A DNA stretch of 59,495 bases, the filler included, from Intoshia linei (taxonomy: Eukaryota > Animalia > Orthonectida): the NCBI GenBank assembly GCA_001642005.1. It is 5 parts of 5 records of this genome, joined end to end, with 100 filler letters (N's around TTAATTAATTAA, not from the genome) between each part and the next. Parts side by side here need not be neighbours in the genome. Positions count along the whole stretch, not along the records: positions 1 to 26,112 come from LWCA01000480.1; positions 26,213 to 42,067 come from LWCA01000895.1; 3 more parts are not named here. The stretch is one strand, 5' to 3'. The position numbers and the translations under genes were made by a program. Below, in pieces: positions 14,322-28,069 of the stretch (positions within the stretch are counted from its first letter, which is position 1; each line of letters begins with the position of its first letter). The notes under the pieces are model-generated. The model was given only the letters and a program-made list of their open reading frames with translations, was not told the origin of the DNA and made no database searches.

Positions 14322-14560
14322 TAAATATCCTTTAATTTTGTTTTTCAGAGTTGGCAATCCTAAATAAGCTTTAGATTCAGATTGTAATATATTATAGCAT
14401 CTGATATTATATAGTGATTTATTTATAATCACAACCTTATACAATGGTATTGTAAATTGATCTCTGATGGTATAAATTTCAATGAATTATGGTCGATGTG
14501 ATCAAAAATAAAAATAAAGTTCACCATTTCTTGTGCGCAACAATTTAAAAATTTTTATAA

Positions 14561-16562
14561 ATGGATAAATATTTTCAAAATATAACACGATTTTTGTGTT
14601 TTACAAAGAAAAAACTAGTGAGTTGTGTATTATGTGTTAAATATTATTATTAAGGGGACCGTACATAACATAGGTCTGCTATTGGGTACCAACTATAGTG
14701 AAACTTTGAGGTAATTAATTTGGTAGTTTTTTTTATTTTTTTTTTTATCTAGAATTTTGAAAGAATATCTTGAATATATCAAAACAGATGAATATAATTC
14801 CCAATTAACGTGTTATTATTATATTTTTGGGAATTTGAAAAATTCAGAAGTAAATTATAATTCTTTTGATGACATGACATTTCATACGAATTTTAATATT
14901 ATTATATATTATATGTATTTATACAAATTTAAAAATTATTATTTTATTATCATATTCTCAGTTTATTCTTATCGTGTAATTTCAGCTTACAGAAAATCGA
15001 TTCTGAACAATGTTCATTTAACATTATATGAAAATATATTTTATATTATGTTTGCTTATTGATTACATCACGAATTTTTAGAATTATAAAGTTTTATTAA
15101 TTGAAGAATCGAAATTAAAAAAAAATCTTGTTCTATTTGATAAAAATGTGAATTCAACATTATTTTGTATTATTGACAAGTCTTGTGAGGTTAATTGTAA
15201 AAATTTATAAAATTTTGTTTATATTAGGATTCACTATTGTGGAATTTTGGCAATCAATTTTATAAAGATTTTATTACTCGAGAACACGATTACGTACATT
15301 TTTGTAGAAAGTATTTTTTAAAAAAAATGTATTTCCAATTATTGCCGTGTACCATTATACTACCGTTTGTAGTGTTTCCTAAATTTTCAGTTGAAGGAAT
15401 TTAAAGCTTCATAAAATTCATATTTTGAAACACAAACATAAGTTAAACAGTTGTAATGTAAAAAATGACGGAATTTAAGCTAAGATTAAAGACATTAAAA
15501 ATGTGAAATATTATTTTTCAATTGTTTATACATGGTTCTATTGTGGTAATTGACAATTATTTATATGTTTTAGATTCGACAATGATATTAATACTGATTT
15601 TTTGCCAAAATATAAAGATGTATGTAATTATTAAGCAATCCCCTCAAACACTTATTTTTGACCAATTAAAAGTATTCATTGCGAAATCCATTTAAAATTT
15701 TGTGATATGAAACAAAACCACACATTTGGCCCGGATCTTACCGGATTATCATTAAAATAATACAATAATAAAGAGTATTAATAATTTATTAGAAACAATT
15801 TCACTGTAATGTTACCCAAGATAGACAGATACACCCTTCCGGTTTAAAAAATGCTGAATTGGACATTTTTAATAGCTTTCGTGTAAAATATTTTTTATTT
15901 ACATAAACGTTTAATAATAGAAAGATTCTGATAATATAAAAGAAAATTTACAATGCAATTTGAAACAAAGTAAAAATGGTAAGAAATCTCCATCAAAATT
16001 AGAAAATGGTAAATTTAATAGTACTTTCATTTAATAATTTGTGTAGATAAACCATCAAAAGAAAAAATAATGGTATTTTGTATTATAAACTTATGTTTTA
16101 TATAAAAAAAAATATTTTTATTTTGTTTTTTAATTTGATTAATTTATACAAACAGTATCTACGTCTGTCACAGTCAAATGATTTCAAATATGTTTTTTTA
16201 ACAATACATTTTACATTGCTTTTTAGAATATCCTTATTTATATTATAAAATATGACTCGTATACTGTATATGACTGTATATCGACTCGTAGAATTTAATA
16301 CTTGAATATTATCTAATTGGTGATATTTTTTTTAAAATTTTCTAAAAATAGATGTTCGTTTTTTAGGTCATTGAAAAGATTCCCTAGTAATGTATTTTAA
16401 CTTTATCATTTTAAAATCTTTTTTATAGTTACCTGGTTTATAGTAGCATAACAAGACTGGATATTATTTTCTATTTATTTTTAAATTTAGAGAAAATCAG
16501 AAAAAAAGAAACCATCCAAATTCAAACAGACATCATTATCCATGTTTTTTAAAAAAATTTAA
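14561..16562 (+). CDS. POLD3: DNA polymerase delta subunit 3 (p66/Pol32/Cdc27), about 210 aa, 9 exons
   Basis: Frame-consistent exons 14561-14617, 14655-14710, 14753-14849, 15082-15189, 15228-15310, 15574-15619, 15921-16008, 16047-16072, 16491-16562. N-terminus MDKYFQNITRFL...ILKEYLE..SQLTCYYYIFG..YKVLLIEESKL parallels the p66 winged helix; C-terminal PIP box KQTSLSMFFKKI*. Confidence 0.72.
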
Positions 16563-16847
16563 TATATTTTTGAAATAAACTATAAAATCTAGATGAATGT
16601 AAATTATGTCATTTGTATTTATTGATTTGTCTTAGAATTACAAATTGATGTTTCAAAATTATATATTATGAATTTTGAAGTAAAAGTAGTACATTTGTAT
16701 TATGAAATTTTAAAATATAGCTAATCAATATGATAATTTTAGAAGAATTTTATATTTTATCTATCTGATTGTCAAAAAGTATCATTTTAGATTTCATGCC
16801 AAATGAATTTTGTATTTAATTTGTTGAAAGGTCTATCGAATTTTTTT

Positions 16848-19089
16848 ATGTTAAAGTTAAAATAGTTTTACCCATATTATTTGTAAATAAATGTACATTT
16901 AATCCTCAAGCAAAACGTTTGTACAGTGATCTTGTTAGAAAATGGAAATTACAATAAATTGATTAAACCAGATGGTGACAACGGCACTGCTTTAATAGTA
17001 TGGTTAGGTCTTAGCTTATCACAAATTATAGATGTGGTAATTATATATTTATCTTGATATAAGTGTTGAGTAAGATGAAAAAAATCAAATAATGACCACA
17101 AATGTTTGGTTGAAACATGTAATTATAGGAATATAAATAATATCTTAATAACTAGAAATGAAAAGATGAAAAATTAACATGGAATCCTTATGAATATGGT
17201 AGGGTTGACAGACTTTATGTCAAATCAGAAGACATTTGGACGCCGGACATTCATACATTATTAGTTTTTATTTTTTCAGTGCTGATGGAAACTATTATGT
17301 CACAATGATGACTATTACCACAGTTCACGCCAAGGGTGTGATTGAATGGGAACCTCCAGCCATCTATAGAAGTTCTTGTATAAGAAATAATAGAAATGTC
17401 CAATATTTTAAAACTATTATTAATGAAATTAATAATAATATTTTTAGTTTGGTTCATGGAGCTACGATGGCTTAAATGTAGATATTCATCACATGAGTTT
17501 CCTAAATTCTACAAAAATAAATTCATCATTCTCCGTTGAAATGGAAATTAATTTGAACAATTTTTATCGTAGTTCTGAATGGGATTTATTGAGAGTTGAT
17601 GCACAAAAAAATGAGAAATACTATACCTGCTGTATTGAACTTTACCCTGATATAACTTTCAATATAACTATTCGACAAAAAGCCTTGTTTTATACGGTAA
17701 ATATGATAATACCATGCGTTTCCATGTCTTTTTTAACGGTATTGGTATTTTATTTGCCTTCCCAAAGTGGAGAAAAAATTTCATTGTGTATTTCAATATT
17801 ATTCTCTTTGACAGTTTTTTTCTTGATGCTATCAAAAATAATACCACCTACTTTTCTTGTCGTGCCTCTAATTGGAAAATATTTGTTATTTACTATCATT
17901 ATTGTTACATTATCCATTGTAGCAACAGTAATTGTTATAAACATTCACTTTCGATCACCCACATTACATAATATGCATCCGTGGATTAAAAAAAAATTTT
18001 TAAAGATTTTGCCCAGATTGCTTGGAATGAAATTGAAAAATTTCAAATCTTTAAGTCTTTCTAAATTTACTAGACCTCGAAAGACGAGAACAACATCATC
18101 TATCAAATTTAAAAATAGAGTTACCAAAGTGTATACACCTTCCGTCAACCGTAGATTTATTAATAGATTAATTTGTTCAAAAAACGACAAATGTAAAATT
18201 ACAAGAAATTTAATCGCAAATTCATTTTCAGATTAAAATATTAAAATCATAAAAAAACAAAAATACACCATTTGCCATTAATTGATATCACTCAAAGAAA
18301 AAAATACAAAATGACGAATTTTAAAGTTCTTAAACATAACACTATTGATGATGATTATTTGCATTTACGAACTATTGTCAGTGCTATGAAAAGTATTGAA
18401 TAGTAATTTTATATTTATATTTACTTATGGTTTTTTTAAATTTGTGACAATATAATTATTCAATGTTATATAAACCTTCAACCGTTAGGACCTATGCTAA
18501 TAAATTTAACAGGTGGCCTCTCAAAAAAATAATTTTACTTAAATATTTATCTCATTTCTAGAAATTTCGATTTCGAAATGAGATTCTGATATTCATTTTA
18601 ATGGATTTTAACAATTTTTGGATTGAGGTATTTACGTATTAAATTTTAAGTTGGAACAAATTATTTGAATTAAAAATATAAAATATTAGACCATATAGCT
18701 ATTTTTAGATCCGGGTCATTCTATCTACAGCACTGTTGTAATTGCCCCACTTTGTTTTATTCAGTTACCATTATTATTAATTCGTTTACTTGTATAGACC
18801 GATAACATGTATGTAAGATAATTTTTCATATTGAATCACTTAAAACACATACAGCAAGCTAATAACGTAATATTTATATATAATTAATAAAACTATGAAT
18901 AGGAAAAAGAAGATTGAAAATGTTTCAATGGTTGTAAATCGATTATTTTTGTGGTGTTTTTCATTGACAGTAGCTATTGGGACATTGTGTAAATCTTTTA
19001 CATTAATATTATTTATAATTTATTTAGATATCGTTCTTCAAGCTCCAGCTTTATATGCTAACCATAAAGCATTAATTTTTGGATATTAA
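16848..19089 (+). pseudogene. Nicotinic acetylcholine receptor alpha subunit pseudogene (cation-type, GEK)
   Basis: Motifs [63 protein letters not shown]1-M4, LQAPALY. Lesions: frameshift near 16940, acceptor AG>AA at 17072-17073, TGA at 17159 and 18915, deletions after PDI and in the Cys-loop that remove donors, stop at 18234. Confidence 0.88.
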
Positions 19090-19811
19090 CCATTACAATG
19101 TTTATTATTTGTATAGCTTTCTGCATTAAAATTAATTAAGTTATTATATTATGCGAAATCAAAATAATTATAAATAGTTCATTCCAGTGTCGTATTAAAT
19201 TCGATCTGGAGTCCAGATTTTGGACTCGATAAATTTACAAGTTTTTTAATGAATTTGTTGATTTTTTTAAATATGCGGGAGTCTAGTAAAGATAAATTTG
19301 AAACAACAATTTGAACAACATCGCCGTAAAACACTAATATTGACTCATCCTCATTAAATAAAAATTCGAGAACTAAAAACTTTATAAAGAAATTACATGT
19401 GCTCTATTACTAAGCTATCACAAAATTACAATATACTTTAATCAAATTTTCTCAACTGACTGATCAATTCATAGAAATTAAACGAAATACGATTAAGTTC
19501 ATTACTAACAAAAATAAAAATTTAGAAAATTAGGATCAACAAAATGAAAAGCTGCAAATTTTTGTTTTTTTACGTGTTGCCACGAAATTTTTACTATAAT
19601 GTTAGTTCGCCAATTCAGAGCTTGAGAAACTACTCTTAAATAAAATAATTCAAAGAAAAAAAACAATACATCCTTTAAATTAAATATTTAATAAATATTT
19701 CAACAATAATTAACAAAACAATAAAATTGGTAATTAACTAATATAAATTAGTTTAAACATAAAATTTTCACTTAAAGTCATTTTGATGTCATTATATTCA
19801 TATACTCGCAT

Positions 19812-21942
19812 TTACTTTAATGCTAACAATACTGATAATGGTAAAACAGAAATTGATGGCCAATTTACAACATAATCGGTAAGAATAACATCATTATCTT
19901 GTAATCCAATAGATTCGGTTGGTAATGGGTGACGGTGGAAATATTCAATAAGTCGTGTCATAGTATCAAATGTGAGATTATGAATTCTTAGTCTTTCTTT
20001 ATCAATTAATTCAATTCGTAAATGCTACATAAAATTAGAAATGATAATAAAAAAATACTCTTGTTCGATTATTGGTATTGAAAGAAATAACAAAGTCTCC
20101 AATTCTAGTCTCACTTTCTCTAACAAGATATAGCCCTTCCTTTGATTTGTTTTTATTTGTAACAAATTTCGCAGCCCGTGATCTGCTTAAATTGAAATGG
20201 TACCAGGGTTTCTTGTAAAGGTTTTGATATATTTTTGATTTTTCATTCATCAACACTAAATTTACTATGAAATGTGACAAATAAATGTCATTACTATTGA
20301 GGGTTGGTACAATCTTTTTTAATTTATGAGGTACATGTGGAAATCTATAAGAAATTAATTCATATTAAACGAATAATTACCCTACATTTGATTCGTACTG
20401 GTAAAGTTTATAATAATGCTGGAATATTTTATACCAATATGCTTGCTTTTTTCTATCATTGAATGCAAGTATATGGTTTAAAGCTGAATTAATTTCCTAC
20501 AAATTTTAATCAAATACTGTGTAAACAATAAAACCTCAATTAATATGCAATAACCGTTTGATTTAGTCTCTAATGCATATATTTTACTCACATTGTGCAT
20601 CATAAAAAGTTTAGATGTAGAATTTATCTAAATCAAATTAATAATTATTTTAAATAAGTATTACAATGTTAGATGGTTGAATTTCAAAAATAGCTCCAAT
20701 GGGATTGTTATAAAAAACTAGAATAACATTAACAAAAGCATGAAAATCGGTTTGAACAGTAGAGCGTTCATTAAATGAATCAGATTCAGAAACTATACAT
20801 CGATATTTTATGTTAGTCATTTGAGGTAAGTATTTGTTTTTGGAAAAGAGATAATTTGACATGATAAAGTAGTTACTTTTTTGAATAAAATAAAATACAT
20901 TTTTTTTAAATCTACTAAATATTCTTTTGGTACCGTTGTTTTTTTCCACCATAAATCTTTGTTTAAGATAAACAGCATCATTCTCGCTTTTTGCAACAAA
21001 ATTGACAGAATTCGATTTTGCATTCGAATGTTCAGTATATTTTGATTTACTGGTATACTCACTAGTTTTAGATTTTATAGAACAGAGTGATGCGTTGCCA
21101 GAATCTTGATTGAGACAAATTTCATGTTTATGGAATTTTACGTTGTTTAATTTAGATTTCATCAATAATTTATCATTTGGATTGATTTGCATAATTTGAC
21201 TTTCCACGAAAGCATTCATGTTATACAATTTATGAAACAATAATTGTATTTCACAAACTTGGCTTATTAAAAATTTGTTGAAAATTGAACTTTTAAAATT
21301 GGAACATTTTGTGATAGCCAGATTATTGAAAATTTTATTTTGAATGGGAACATCAAAGTAATAACGTAAAATCTGTCTTTTTAGATTGGTGGTACAATTT
21401 TTATTAGCTAAATAATCGTAAAATTCTTGAATTTTACTGGCGGAAAAGTAAATTTTCGAATTATTACAAGTTTCTACAGATAGTATTTTGATAATAGCAT
21501 GATAAACTCGTTGAACAATATCCAAAAAATTGTTTTTGAATGGACATTTTGTATGTATCGTAAATTTTAGTCTATTTTGATAGTGGGTGTACATTTCATG
21601 TAATTCGATATACAACGCGATAAGTAATATATAAAACTGGTTTAAATCATATTCCTTTATGATATCAGCTTTAGTTAAATGTTTCAGAACATTGGAATCA
21701 AGTACGTTATATCCAGATTCGGTATTGTAATTGATAAATTTGATTATACAATTAAGAATATTCACATTATCTGATTTTTCATTCACATGAAAATCAACTA
21801 AATTCATGCATCGTTTACCTGTGCCATGTACATATTTAACAAAACAATAATGTATGATCATCCTCAACCCGCGACAGTTCTCCTCCAAATTATCGAAAAT
21901 TTTTATATTTTGCATTTGAAGTGTGATTGTCAATTCATTTGT
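19812..21942 (-). CDS. SH2B: SH2B/Lnk-family adaptor (divergent PH plus SH2); 5' end uncertain
   Basis: SH2 PWYHFNLSRSRAA...GLYLVRESETRIGDFVISFN | HLRIEL...HNLTFDTMTRLIEYFHRHPLPTES...LTDYVV matches the SH2B pattern; 34-nt intron 20025-20058; 427-aa upstream exon. Confidence 0.8.
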
Positions 21943-24185
21943 CTAAACAGTTATATTTAATAAATTACACACTATAAATGGGCGTCAAATCTAATGTCAA
22001 GTAAAATAACTTAAAAATTAAATATCAATAAGCAAACATCTGCAGGTCTAAATCCTAAAAAAATAAATCGATGCTAGAAATCGAAATGATGACATCAAAT
22101 TTACAAAAATACAAATTAAGATAGGCTTACATTATATTTTTATTGCATCTGTATTGCCCCATACAAATTTTTAAAAGTGAGGGTGCAACAAAGTTAATGA
22201 AACGGTTAATTAAATTTTTGATTGTCTACAAAAATTGTATAATAAATTTACAATTAGAAAGACTGATTATAATTCTCAACTCTACGCGAAAATTCACATA
22301 AAATACCTTTTTTCAAAAAATGTCATGTAATTAAAACCTCCAATAAACCAATTTTTTGAATAAAATCTGTTAAAAGGTTTACTCGGGTATCAGAGCTTAT
22401 GATAAACCTATATTTAAACTGTAAAATCAAATTATTTGACAAATATTCAATAATTATTTAGTAAACTGAGCAATAGTATTAAAAAAACATCAAAACAATT
22501 ATTTTGTAATGGTTATATGAATCTATTAATCACAAAATGTATATTCATTGTATTTATTCAATTTAATAGTTAAAAGCAAACATGAGATGAGAAATATATA
22601 TACATTCCAGAAAAATAAAAAGAATCTTATGGATTATACAAATATAGTTAATAATTAAGTTATCCAAATTATCTACATAACAATTGGTTACCATTCAATT
22701 AAAAAAAATAATAAAAACAACAAAACATTACCTCATTATTTGGGGTTTTTGGAGATTAGATAAATGAAATAAAATGTGGTATTTCTATGGCACGTATAAG
22801 ATGTTCAATATTATTGATTTTTTTGCAGATTAAAAATGTTTTTATGTAGAGTTAGTAGCTGGTAAGCAGCAGCAGTATACTGGTATGGATTTAACTAGCA
22901 TAAAATAATGTAATTATCTTAGCAAGCTAAGAAAATACAATAAAAGCATAAGTAACAGACACCGAATAATGAATATAAATTTAAAAATATTTGCTGTCAA
23001 TATAATGTGTTCAGCGTAAATAACAATTTTATTGTATCACCATTTCCAATTTTAGACTCAGTTATCGAAAATTATTTATATAACCACCAGCATATCAAAA
23101 CATGATAAATTCGCTTTGTTATTACAAATATTTTCTAATTAATTTTATTTTTAACTGAACATAATTCAAACTAATATTTATACATAATTCAATAGCAAAA
23201 ATATCACTACATAAATTGGCAAGTCATGTATACATTAAAAACTCCTGTATGATCAATAAAAATTGATTTCTACAAAATTGCTAGTTTAGACAATATTTCA
23301 GTTAATGATATAAAATTTCATAAATCATATTCTTCATGAATAATATAAAGATGTTAGTTTTGGTTCAATAATTATAATAATTAATAAAATAAAATATGGA
23401 TTGTATACAATTTTAAAATATACAAGAATTATATCCAGTTATGAAACAATACATTTCAAACATTATATAATTTTCAAATAAAAACAAGAGATTGTAACAA
23501 ATAATTCAATTTGAAATATAAATAATTTAAATTGCAATGCAAACAAAAATCATTATTAAATTGAAATTAAATATTTTAGATATTAATATCAAAAATTTTA
23601 ATTTAAAAAAGTTACAATTAGAATTATTTCACCAATGTATTTCTCTTTCATTGCTACAATTCAAAAAAAATAAATTCAATTTTAATTGTTTTCATTTTCA
23701 TTTAAGTTTATTCAAGTTTTAAAATTACCTTAAGTAATCGGTAACCAATTTTTGCATTTGGTAAATTTTATCAAAGGATTTTTTTATTTAAACAAATTGT
23801 GACTAAAATATTAATGAACAGCAGGTATAATCAAACCTTTTATGAAAAACAAAAAATCATCAATGTCTGCATATTGCAAAATAACGCATAATCAATTATA
23901 TTTTGCGTCTCATAGCATATTATGCAATCGGTATTTGCATTTCAAAATGTATTGTTAAATTTTGTATCCTGACAACACCAGTCAGAATCTATTCATCCAA
24001 TACATTTGATAATTATGGCACATGGAATATTTGTTTCCAAAGAGTAAATTTATTATTTACTTATTTTGCAATCACATAAGATTTTTGTCCAATTGTTATG
24101 AAAAAATTTAATTCACCAAAAGTTATTTATGCGATATAATAAGTTTTTTTAGAGCTGTGTTAGCCAAATATGTTGTGCGATACTT

Positions 24186-24307
24186 CAGGCGTCATGATAA
24201 CAAAAACCGGGGTGCCCGTTGATTTAAGTATAAAAACTCTATTTAAATGAATTTATAATTTTGGGGAAACACGTGCTCAGATGGGCACCTGAGGTACGAC
24301 GCCACTG
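24186..24307. mobile_element. 122-bp hAT-type mini-MITE
   Basis: Ends caggcgtc...gacgccactg; perfect TSD cgatactt. Confidence 0.75.
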
Positions 24308-24381
24308 CGATACTTTGATTTTTTTACACATAGTATTTCACATAGTATATTATTCTGCGCCTTATTATATATATATACATA

Positions 24382-24948
24382 CAGGGATTGGAAATAATTG
24401 ATTGCAATCAATTATTCTGTATAAACCAATTAATTGAAAATTATCTTTTCTTTTTTCAATTAATTGGTTTTTTGATATAACTGAAAAAATATATAAATTG
24501 AATCCTTTTATTGATGAATTGTTGGATGAAAGAATTAATTAATGAACAGAAAAATGATGTATTTAACCTACTAGCTTGACTTTTATGTACTTCGAACAAA
24601 CAGCATTCATTATAACCACATGACAGTTTTTTAAAAATGATTATGATATTGTTATCAATCTTCAATTAATTGGAAAATATTTTTTCATTTTTCAATAATT
24701 ACCATAATTAAATGTAAAGCCAAAATTACATATCTATGTTTACAAAAAATATTTTTGGCTTAAAATTGTTTCTAAATAAACTAAAATTTAAGTAATCGAA
24801 CGTGACTATATTAAGATATCACTGTATTTTATCTAAATCTATTAATTGAAAAATAATTTTTGAACAAACAATTAATTGATTATTTTTCAATAATTTTTAC
24901 CAATTAATTGCAATTAAATTGGTTGTAATCAATTAATTTAAATTCCTG
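24382..24948 (+). mobile_element. hAT MITE family A, copy 1
   Basis: TIR cagggattggaaataattgatt / aatcaattaatttaaattcctg; perfect TSD tatacata; second copy inverted at 33582-34225. Confidence 0.88.
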
Positions 24949-25389
24949 TATACATAATATGTAGTATAATATTAGTTATATACGTATTACATATATATTC
25001 GTGGATATTCTTCATTTTTCATGGTCTCCTACTTACTATCAACCTCTGTAACTATGCGCTAAATAATTCGGGGTAATTATTACATATCATATCGATGATA
25101 CACAAGGGTGGGCAATTTGCTGGTACCAACAATTTTTTTTAAATGACTAAATTTGTAAAATGTAAACTGAATACAATTTATCAAAAAAATATCGGAAACG
25201 GATTTTTCCTGTACCTTAAGACTTAATGGTTGGTATAATTGAGTTTTTTATTTTGTGTAGGATTACGAGGTTTTTTGTAAAACCGGGAAAAGGGAATTTG
25301 TACGTAGAGGACTTCAAATGGATGTTTTATATAGTATTATTAATGGTGGTATAAAGTTGAGATTTTTGAAATAATAATGTAGCGGTCGT

Positions 25390-25760
25390 TAAGGCCAGTG
25401 AAAATCGAAATTGGTTATTCTAAATGGAAATGAGAACTCAGAAGATTATATATTTACCTTATATGAGACTTTACTTCCATTTGCAGACTCTTATTATGAT
25501 ACCGAGTATATTTTCCAACAATATACTGCTCTAATTCGTACTTCTCGTAAGGTAAAAGCATGGTTTGAAGATAACTGTGTCAATGTAATGAAGTGGCCAT
25601 TGAAATCTCCTGACTTAAACTCAATTGAAAACTATGGGAAATTTTGGCAAGGTCCGTATACAAAAATGACAGGCATTTAATAATGTTGATCAGTTAATTA
25701 AGTTTATAATAAAAGAAAGGGAAAATATCCATCAAGATGTTACTCAAACCTTGTAAATTT
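25390..25760 (+). mobile_element. Tc1-like transposase remnant
   Basis: YIFQQYTALIRTS...WPLKSPDLNSIEN is a decayed FQQDNAP..H / WP.QSPDLNPIEN catalytic region. Confidence 0.85.
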
Positions 25761-26112
25761 GCTAACTAAAAAGAGAAATGAATTTTTTTTATTGATAATT
25801 GTTACAAATTTAACATAAAATGGTAAAAAGAAAAACTACTTTCAGTAGCTAATAGTCCAAAATAATGAAGATGAGACGTCTCAATAAGTCTCAAAAAGAA
25901 CATGATATCCGAAATAGGTAAGAACAATTGTTTTTTTAATTTTTTTTAATTAATTATCAAACTGTATTCATTCTGATTTACATTTAGGAAAATTTTCAGT
26001 AGACAATCCAATTTTTTTTATAAAACAAGAAAAAAGGCCAAAAGTATAGACACTAGGCTTGTGAAAATTTTAATATTTTTGATTATATTTGAAAAAGCCC
26101 ATTATTCCAAGA

Positions 26113-26212
26113 NNNNNNNNNNNNNNNNNNNNNNNNNNNNNNNNNNNNNNNNNNNNTTAATTAATTAANNNNNNNNNNNNNNNNNNNNNNNNNNNNNNNN
26201 NNNNNNNNNNNN
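26113..26212. other. Artificial 100-nt assembly spacer
   Basis: N44-TTAATTAATTAA-N44 (stops in six frames). Confidence 0.95.
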
Positions 26213-26615
26213 TGTTCTCTGAAATTGTTAATTTAACTGTAATGAAGGTTATGGATTTGTGGAGTATTAGTACTATTCCGATTAAACATAAAAACCATAT
26301 TATACTTAAGTTAAAGAAATACTGCCAACTCTATAGTTTATTAAAAAAAATAAAAATAAACGATCCAATTTTCAAATACTCCGTGAAGAAAATTTTATTA
26401 CTCTTATGGATAAATTATTCGATATATCACACACAAATGCAGAATTAATTTATTTTCATGCTGAAGATATGTGTTTTCTGCGTGATCAGAGGAATGAAAG
26501 AAATATGACTTTTGGTAAGCTGGATAATGATCATAATCGTAAATATAAAAGAAAAATGGAACGTGAGGAGGCAGAATTGCAACGGAACAAAGCACGTTGT
26601 TTGTTTAAACTTTAA
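26213..26615 (+). mobile_element. hATm-like transposase N-terminal remnant (frameshifted)
   Basis: LWSISTIP..IILKLKK..LLKK / MDKLFDISH..ED..FLRDQR pattern. Confidence 0.6.
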
Positions 26616-26997
26616 AGTGGATACTTTCAGTTATACATTATTTTGACTAAATGTCAAGAATTTTTTTGTTTTAAAATTCTATTGATAGTATATTTTGATT
26701 GAAAATAAATAGATCACATCAAATTAAATTAAATCAAATTAAGTCTTAACTTAAAATAATTAATTACTAGTAAATATTATTGTGTTTCAGCCTGGTTTGT
26801 TACACAATGAATATAGATTGATAAAATGAATTGTTTAAAAAATTTGTTCCAATTATCCTTTTGATAAACATTTCAATAATATAAAAAATTAAGCTGATAC
26901 AAGTATTAACTTGTACTGTCATACATTGATTAACACACTTTAACACGACTATTTTTTTATATCACAATTAAATTTGTTGTTAAAATTTTACTTAGAC

Positions 26998-28069
26998 ATG
27001 ATTTTGGGTGAAACTATTGATAATTTTGAATTAAAAACTACAAATGGTACATATAAATTGTACAATCATATGAAAGATAGGTATCATACTTTTTTATCTT
27101 TGATTTCATTCAATTAAGCTGGTGTGCAATTTTTTCACATCCTGCCGATTTTACTCCAGTGTGTACGACAGAGCTTGCTCGTCTAGATGAAATTCACGAT
27201 AAATTTACTAAAAGAAATGTAAAAATTGTGTGTACTTCTACTGACTCCGTTGAAACACATAATGACTGGATAAAAGTATATAATATTTTAAAACTTTTAG
27301 TTATTATAATTTGTAAATTAAATTTTTATAGGATATTAAATGTCTTTCTTCCAATAAATCGAGTTCATTAAGTTTTGATATTGTAGCTGACACTGATAGA
27401 ATAATGGCCATTAAATTGGGAATGTTGGATCCTGTAGAAAAAGACAAATCTGGAATTCCTTTAACTTGTCGAGCTGTAACTTATATTGTTAATGTGTACT
27501 ATTTTTATTCTTTTAGGTTTTAATTATTGGACCAGATAAAAAATTGAAACTTTCAATTTTATATCCTGCGACAACTGGAAGAAATTTTGAGTTTTTTCCA
27601 TTTCTCTCATGTTATAATAATACATTTTTAGTGAAATTTTGAGAGTTATAGATTCGGTTCAATTGACAGCTAACAAAAAGCTGACTACACCAGCTGATTG
27701 GAATGTAATACGTTAATACAGTCAGACTTATTGATAGTGAACATTTGGTTCCGAATTTTTTTAATGTTCACTATAAAAAAATAATGAACAATGAAAATGA
27801 CAATGAAATGAAACAGAGAAATGAAAATAATGAACATTATTAATCATGAATCTAAGTTTATTTTCTATATAATCAGTAAAGTTCACTATCAACAAGTCTG
27901 ACTGTATATTGAATATTTAGTATTTATATATTTTATTATATAGAATGGTGATGACTGTATAATTCATCCAAATGTGACGGATGAAGATGCAAAAAATATG
28001 TATCCGAATTACAAGCTTAAAAAGCTACCTTCAAACAAAAAATATATTAGATATGCTAATATAGATTAA
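26998..28069 (+). CDS. PRDX6: Peroxiredoxin 6 (1-Cys), 6 exons
   Basis: [75 protein letters not shown]. Confidence 0.96.
27719..27904 (+). mobile_element. 186-bp Tc1/mariner-pogo-type MITE in the last PRDX6 intron
   Basis: TA TSD; 24-bp TIR cagtcagactt(a/g)ttgatagtgaac. Confidence 0.9.

Noticed and set aside
17159-18917. TGA reassigned to Trp (two TGA at conserved Trp sites; all intact genes here end in TAA)
   Set aside because: The intact genes use TGG at their Trp positions, and the same nAChR copy has frameshifts and deletions; pseudogene decay explains it
16848-19089. Rescue of the nAChR by restorative A-to-I editing
   Set aside because: Editing could fix G>A sites but not the frameshifts, the deleted Cys-loop and donors, or the C>T changes
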